Both the position numbers and the translations under genes were made by a program. The notes below the pieces were generated by a model. The model was not told the DNA's origin and searched no databases. It saw only the letters and a list, made by a program, of their open reading frames with translations. A DNA stretch of 64,000 nt, taken from assembly GCA_027334565.1 (NCBI GenBank), contig DAHWUP010000004.1, positions 15,138 to 79,137 on the forward strand. Reading direction: 5' to 3'. The stretch's first letter is position 1. The number at the start of each line of letters is the position of its first letter. Positions 61,069 to 64,000 of this stretch are shown here, in pieces. This stretch comes from Candidatus Levyibacteriota bacterium (GTDB lineage Bacteria > Patescibacteriota > Microgenomatia > Levybacterales > UBA12049).

Positions 61069-62346
61069 TTATAGTCCCTTGCGGGTCAGAAGGAAAATAA
61101 GGCCGCCGACAACGGTGATCAATAGGCCTATGATTATGGCAGTGATTACCGATCCGTTCATGTTTTTAATTGAAAAAGGATTTGTTGAAGTCGGCGTTAA
61201 CAGGTTGCCGGGTTTTTCTCCCGTAGTAACAGCGACCGCTTTGGTTGGCGAGGCTTGAGGTGGAGTGATCGTAAAATTTTGAGTGACCGTTTTTGTTGTT
61301 CCCGCTGCATCTTTGGCAGTTACGATGATAGTATGGTTTCCTGTGGTCAGCGGGACCGTAGGCTGATAACTCCAATTTCCATTTTGATCCGATATGACTG
61401 TGGTTTCAATTTGTTGCGTGGAGTGAATAATTATATGCACGCTGGTGTTAGGAGCCGCCTTTCCATAAATTATCGGTTCTTGACTTGAAAATGTCTGGCC
61501 CGTGCCCAGGTTTAACAATTGTCCTCCTGTTGTTTGCGGTGTAGATACGTTATTTAAAACGGGAAAGCTTTCCGAAGCTTCCGGAAAACCGGTGGTTTTA
61601 GCGGAACTTTCTCTAAAATCATAGTTGTTGGATAAGGTAATCACCGGTATCTTCATCCCCGGCGAAAAGCTAAATCTAACTTCCGAACTTAAAGAATTTC
61701 CAAGTATTAACATTTGCATTTCGGGTTTGTTTGATAAATCGGCCAGTTTGGACAAATTTGCGGATAATAAATGATTTAAATTAAGTTGGTAAATTCCGTT
61801 ATTTGGCACAAGGAAAGATAGGGTTTGTGAATTATTGGATGTAAGATAAATAATCGCTTCGCTTGGTGGATTGGCGTTTGGGAGTATTACTTTACCGGAT
61901 ATCTCATTAATGGTGGGAGAGAACGGTACCGAAGGTGCGGTCGTAACCTCGAAATTTCGACTGTCGTTAAGATAGATGTTGGAATCGCTGACTATCCGAA
62001 AGTAGTACTTGGTTGAAGGACTAAGGTTTTTTAACGTGAAACTGTGGTCTAAATGATTTTGTAGTTTCTGAGAGACATCTCTTTCATCAAATTCGCTTTG
62101 CCCTAAATCACCCGTCGATCCGTATTCGATATATCCGCTGGCCGGTATATAGGTGATATATGAGATCGTGAAAGAATCCTCCGATATATTTGTGATCCTA
62201 ACTTCCTGCGGTTGCGCCGTTTCGTTTGCCCCGACCCTAAAAAGCGTTTGTTTATCGGTTAAAAAAGTGGTGACACTCAAACCAATAATTATAATTACAA
62301 CACCCAGCAGTGAAGGTATTTTTTTATCCCAAAGTTTTTGTCGCAT
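61069..62346 (-). CDS. Membrane-anchored fibronectin type III + Ig-like domain protein
   Basis: ITNIS..SFTISY, LSPSTKYYF; GNWSY...GNHTI; N- and C-terminal TMs. Confidence 0.75.
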   Translation of the reverse strand: MRQKLWDKKIPSLLGVVIIIIGLSVTTFLTDKQTLFRVGANETAQPQEVRITNISEDSFTISYITYIPASGYIEYGSTGDLGQSEFDERDVSQKLQNHLDHSFTLKNLSPSTKYYFRIVSDSNIYLNDSRNFEVTTAPSVPFSPTINEISGKVILPNANPPSEAIIYLTSNNSQTLSFLVPNNGIYQLNLNHLLSANLSKLADLSNKPEMQMLILGNSLSSEVRFSFSPGMKIPVITLSNNYDFRESSAKTTGFPEASESFPVLNNVSTPQTTGGQLLNLGTGQTFSSQEPIIYGKAAPNTSVHIIIHSTQQIETTVISDQNGNWSYQPTVPLTTGNHTIIVTAKDAAGTTKTVTQNFTITPPQASPTKAVAVTTGEKPGNLLTPTSTNPFSIKNMNGSVITAIIIGLLITVVGGLIFLLTRKGL

Positions 62347-62657
62347 TATTTGACATTTCCTCCTGTCGTAGCTTGGTTTGATAGCCCCGGATTAAGATTT
62401 AAACTTTGCGCGCCCGGAATTGGAGCGGGTGAAGGATTAACGGGCCCCACGTTGATAAAAACGGGCTTAACGTTAACTCGTTGTTTCAACAAAGAAATAG
62501 TTTTCGTGTCAAAATTCGGATCGATCGGTGTGATTTTATTTAATTGTTGCTCGGTTATGGTGGGCGTTACCGCGCTATGGTAAATGTTAAAGCCTATCCA
62601 TGCGAAAACGAAGATAAGGGTCGGGATCAGGATAACTAAAATATCTTGTTTTTTCAT
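62346..62657 (-). CDS. Small single-TM protein in pilus operon
   Basis: N-terminal TM; follows pilO. Confidence 0.6.
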   Translation of the reverse strand: MKKQDILVILIPTLIFVFAWIGFNIYHSAVTPTITEQQLNKITPIDPNFDTKTISLLKQRVNVKPVFINVGPVNPSPAPIPGAQSLNLNPGLSNQATTGGNVK

Positions 62658-62660
62658 AAT

Positions 62661-63329
62661 TTATGGTTGATAATATGCGTTTCCGCTTACATTGCATTGT
62701 AGTATTTCGTTGTTGGTATTTGAAGCAGAATATGCAGATCCGATGTTCAATTTCACCTTGACGAAGGAGATTGAGTTAACGGTAAGAATCCGTTGGAAAT
62801 TCAAAATTTCATTTATAACATTTAACATGGTTTGATAATCGCCCTCCATGGAAACGTCATATTCAAATGCGGAATATTTTTTACCTGCTAATAAATCTTT
62901 TGAGAGGTCCACGTTGACCGTCTGTAAATTGGTCAGCTTGACCGCACTTTCGGAGGCTACGATGGTTTGAAGAGTGGCGGTAAGGGTCGCAACCTGTGGT
63001 GTTCTGGGAACGGCATCGTATACGAACGGCAAGTCGTTTTGCATATTTTTATATTCCTGTTCCAGGGCGGAAAGATCAGTAATCTTTTGCTGGAGTTGGG
63101 CTTCATAGTTTTTATCATCATCCAGCTGTTTCTGCAAGCCCGCGATGGTAGTGAGTGTCGGATTTATCGCAAATATCCCTAAAATAATTGACGCTACGAT
63201 GGTAAGGACCGAGGTTAATAATTTGGAACTCTTCTCGGACTTAAAATCGGGCAACAGCTCTTTATATTTCTCGTATCTGTCCTGCTTTACGCTTTTGAGT
63301 ATGATATCCTCGATTCCTTGAAATTTCAT
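62661..63329 (-). CDS. pilO: Type IV pilus assembly protein PilO
   Basis: TM (FAINPT), coiled coil, A.P, GDY...RIL ferredoxin-like domain. Confidence 0.7.
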   Translation of the reverse strand: MKFQGIEDIILKSVKQDRYEKYKELLPDFKSEKSSKLLTSVLTIVASIILGIFAINPTLTTIAGLQKQLDDDKNYEAQLQQKITDLSALEQEYKNMQNDLPFVYDAVPRTPQVATLTATLQTIVASESAVKLTNLQTVNVDLSKDLLAGKKYSAFEYDVSMEGDYQTMLNVINEILNFQRILTVNSISFVKVKLNIGSAYSASNTNNEILQCNVSGNAYYQP

Positions 63330-63877
63330 AATTGTCCACCTCCGTTTTTTAAGTTCACCGTAAGATCGACTTCTATGGTTGCGGTATCCGGATGATTATT
63401 GATAAGGTCTATGCTTATCGAATCCGTGAGAGGATATGATTTCAATGAATTTATAAAAACGCTAAGGGGAAATACGGACGTGGTATTTAGCTGGATTATG
63501 AATTGTTGCTTGGAATAAGTAAAATTGATAAAGCTGATGCCGGGAGTAGCTAAAGCGATAACGTCTTTGACCATTTTGGCTTTTGCTTTCCCCTGGTTTA
63601 CTGTCGAAGTTTCCAATGTCAGCCTGTTTTGTAAATTTCTGAAGGTCGCTTCCTGTTTTTGCTGGGTATTAAGATAGGCCTGTTCGGCGATAATTTTAGA
63701 ATTTAAGTCTCTTAATTGGTTGTCCAGGATAAATCTATAGATAAACGCCGACAGTGCGACCAGCTCGACGACGATGATCAGTAACCTTCCGATGGTAAGT
63801 GCCCAGTTAATGACCTGATTCGCCAATTCGTTGCTATTGGTTTTAATCAAATTAATGGATGCGGGGCCTTTTGCCAT
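63326..63877 (-). CDS. pilN: Type IV pilus assembly protein PilN-like
   Basis: INL motif, TM, coiled coil; overlaps pilO start. Confidence 0.6.
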   Translation of the reverse strand: MAKGPASINLIKTNSNELANQVINWALTIGRLLIIVVELVALSAFIYRFILDNQLRDLNSKIIAEQAYLNTQQKQEATFRNLQNRLTLETSTVNQGKAKAKMVKDVIALATPGISFINFTYSKQQFIIQLNTTSVFPLSVFINSLKSYPLTDSISIDLINNHPDTATIEVDLTVNLKNGGGQL

Positions 63878-64000
63878 AGTAAGTCTAGTCTAAGGTTTTT
63901 TAGCCTCTTTGTCAAAGCCAAAATAGGTCAAATACGAAGCAATAATACCCGATTATTTATGTAAGGATTTCTTTTTTGCGACGGGTCCCTTTGCGCCGAT

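Noticed and set aside
63880-64000. Expected pilM 3' end upstream of pilN
   Set aside because: None of the minus-strand frames gives a recognisable PilM C-terminus, and the stretch is too short to call.

Overview
Gene-dense bacterial chromosome segment in code 11. Gene content suggests Patescibacteria/CPR, probably Microgenomates: DUF5667, DUF2298, truncated Pgk/TpiA, a DUF87/VirB4-like ATPase, pilN/pilO, many TANNNT-6nt-ATG leaderless starts and tRNAs without encoded CCA. The taxonomy is inferred, not searched. Most of the window is housekeeping: glycolysis/PPP, peptidoglycan, nrdR-nrdJ-pduO, tgt, trpS, ftsH, pcrA, smpB-ssrA, Ni-SOD and GT-C glycosylation genes. The notable signals involve RNA. 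(1) Two homologous HTH+LAGLIDADG-like ORFs each end at a stop codon inside the D-arm of a downstream tRNA, and one begins 1 nt after another tRNA. (2) Two rare anticodons occur: tRNA-Ser(ACT) and tRNA-Ile(TAT). (3) A degenerate initiator tRNA is split by a 194-nt group I intron and followed by a one-gene islet with a duplicated tRNA 3' end. (4) A minimal cobalamin riboswitch with an SD-sequestering hairpin precedes an unknown Zn-ribbon gene. (5) An unassigned structured region lies next to tmRNA.
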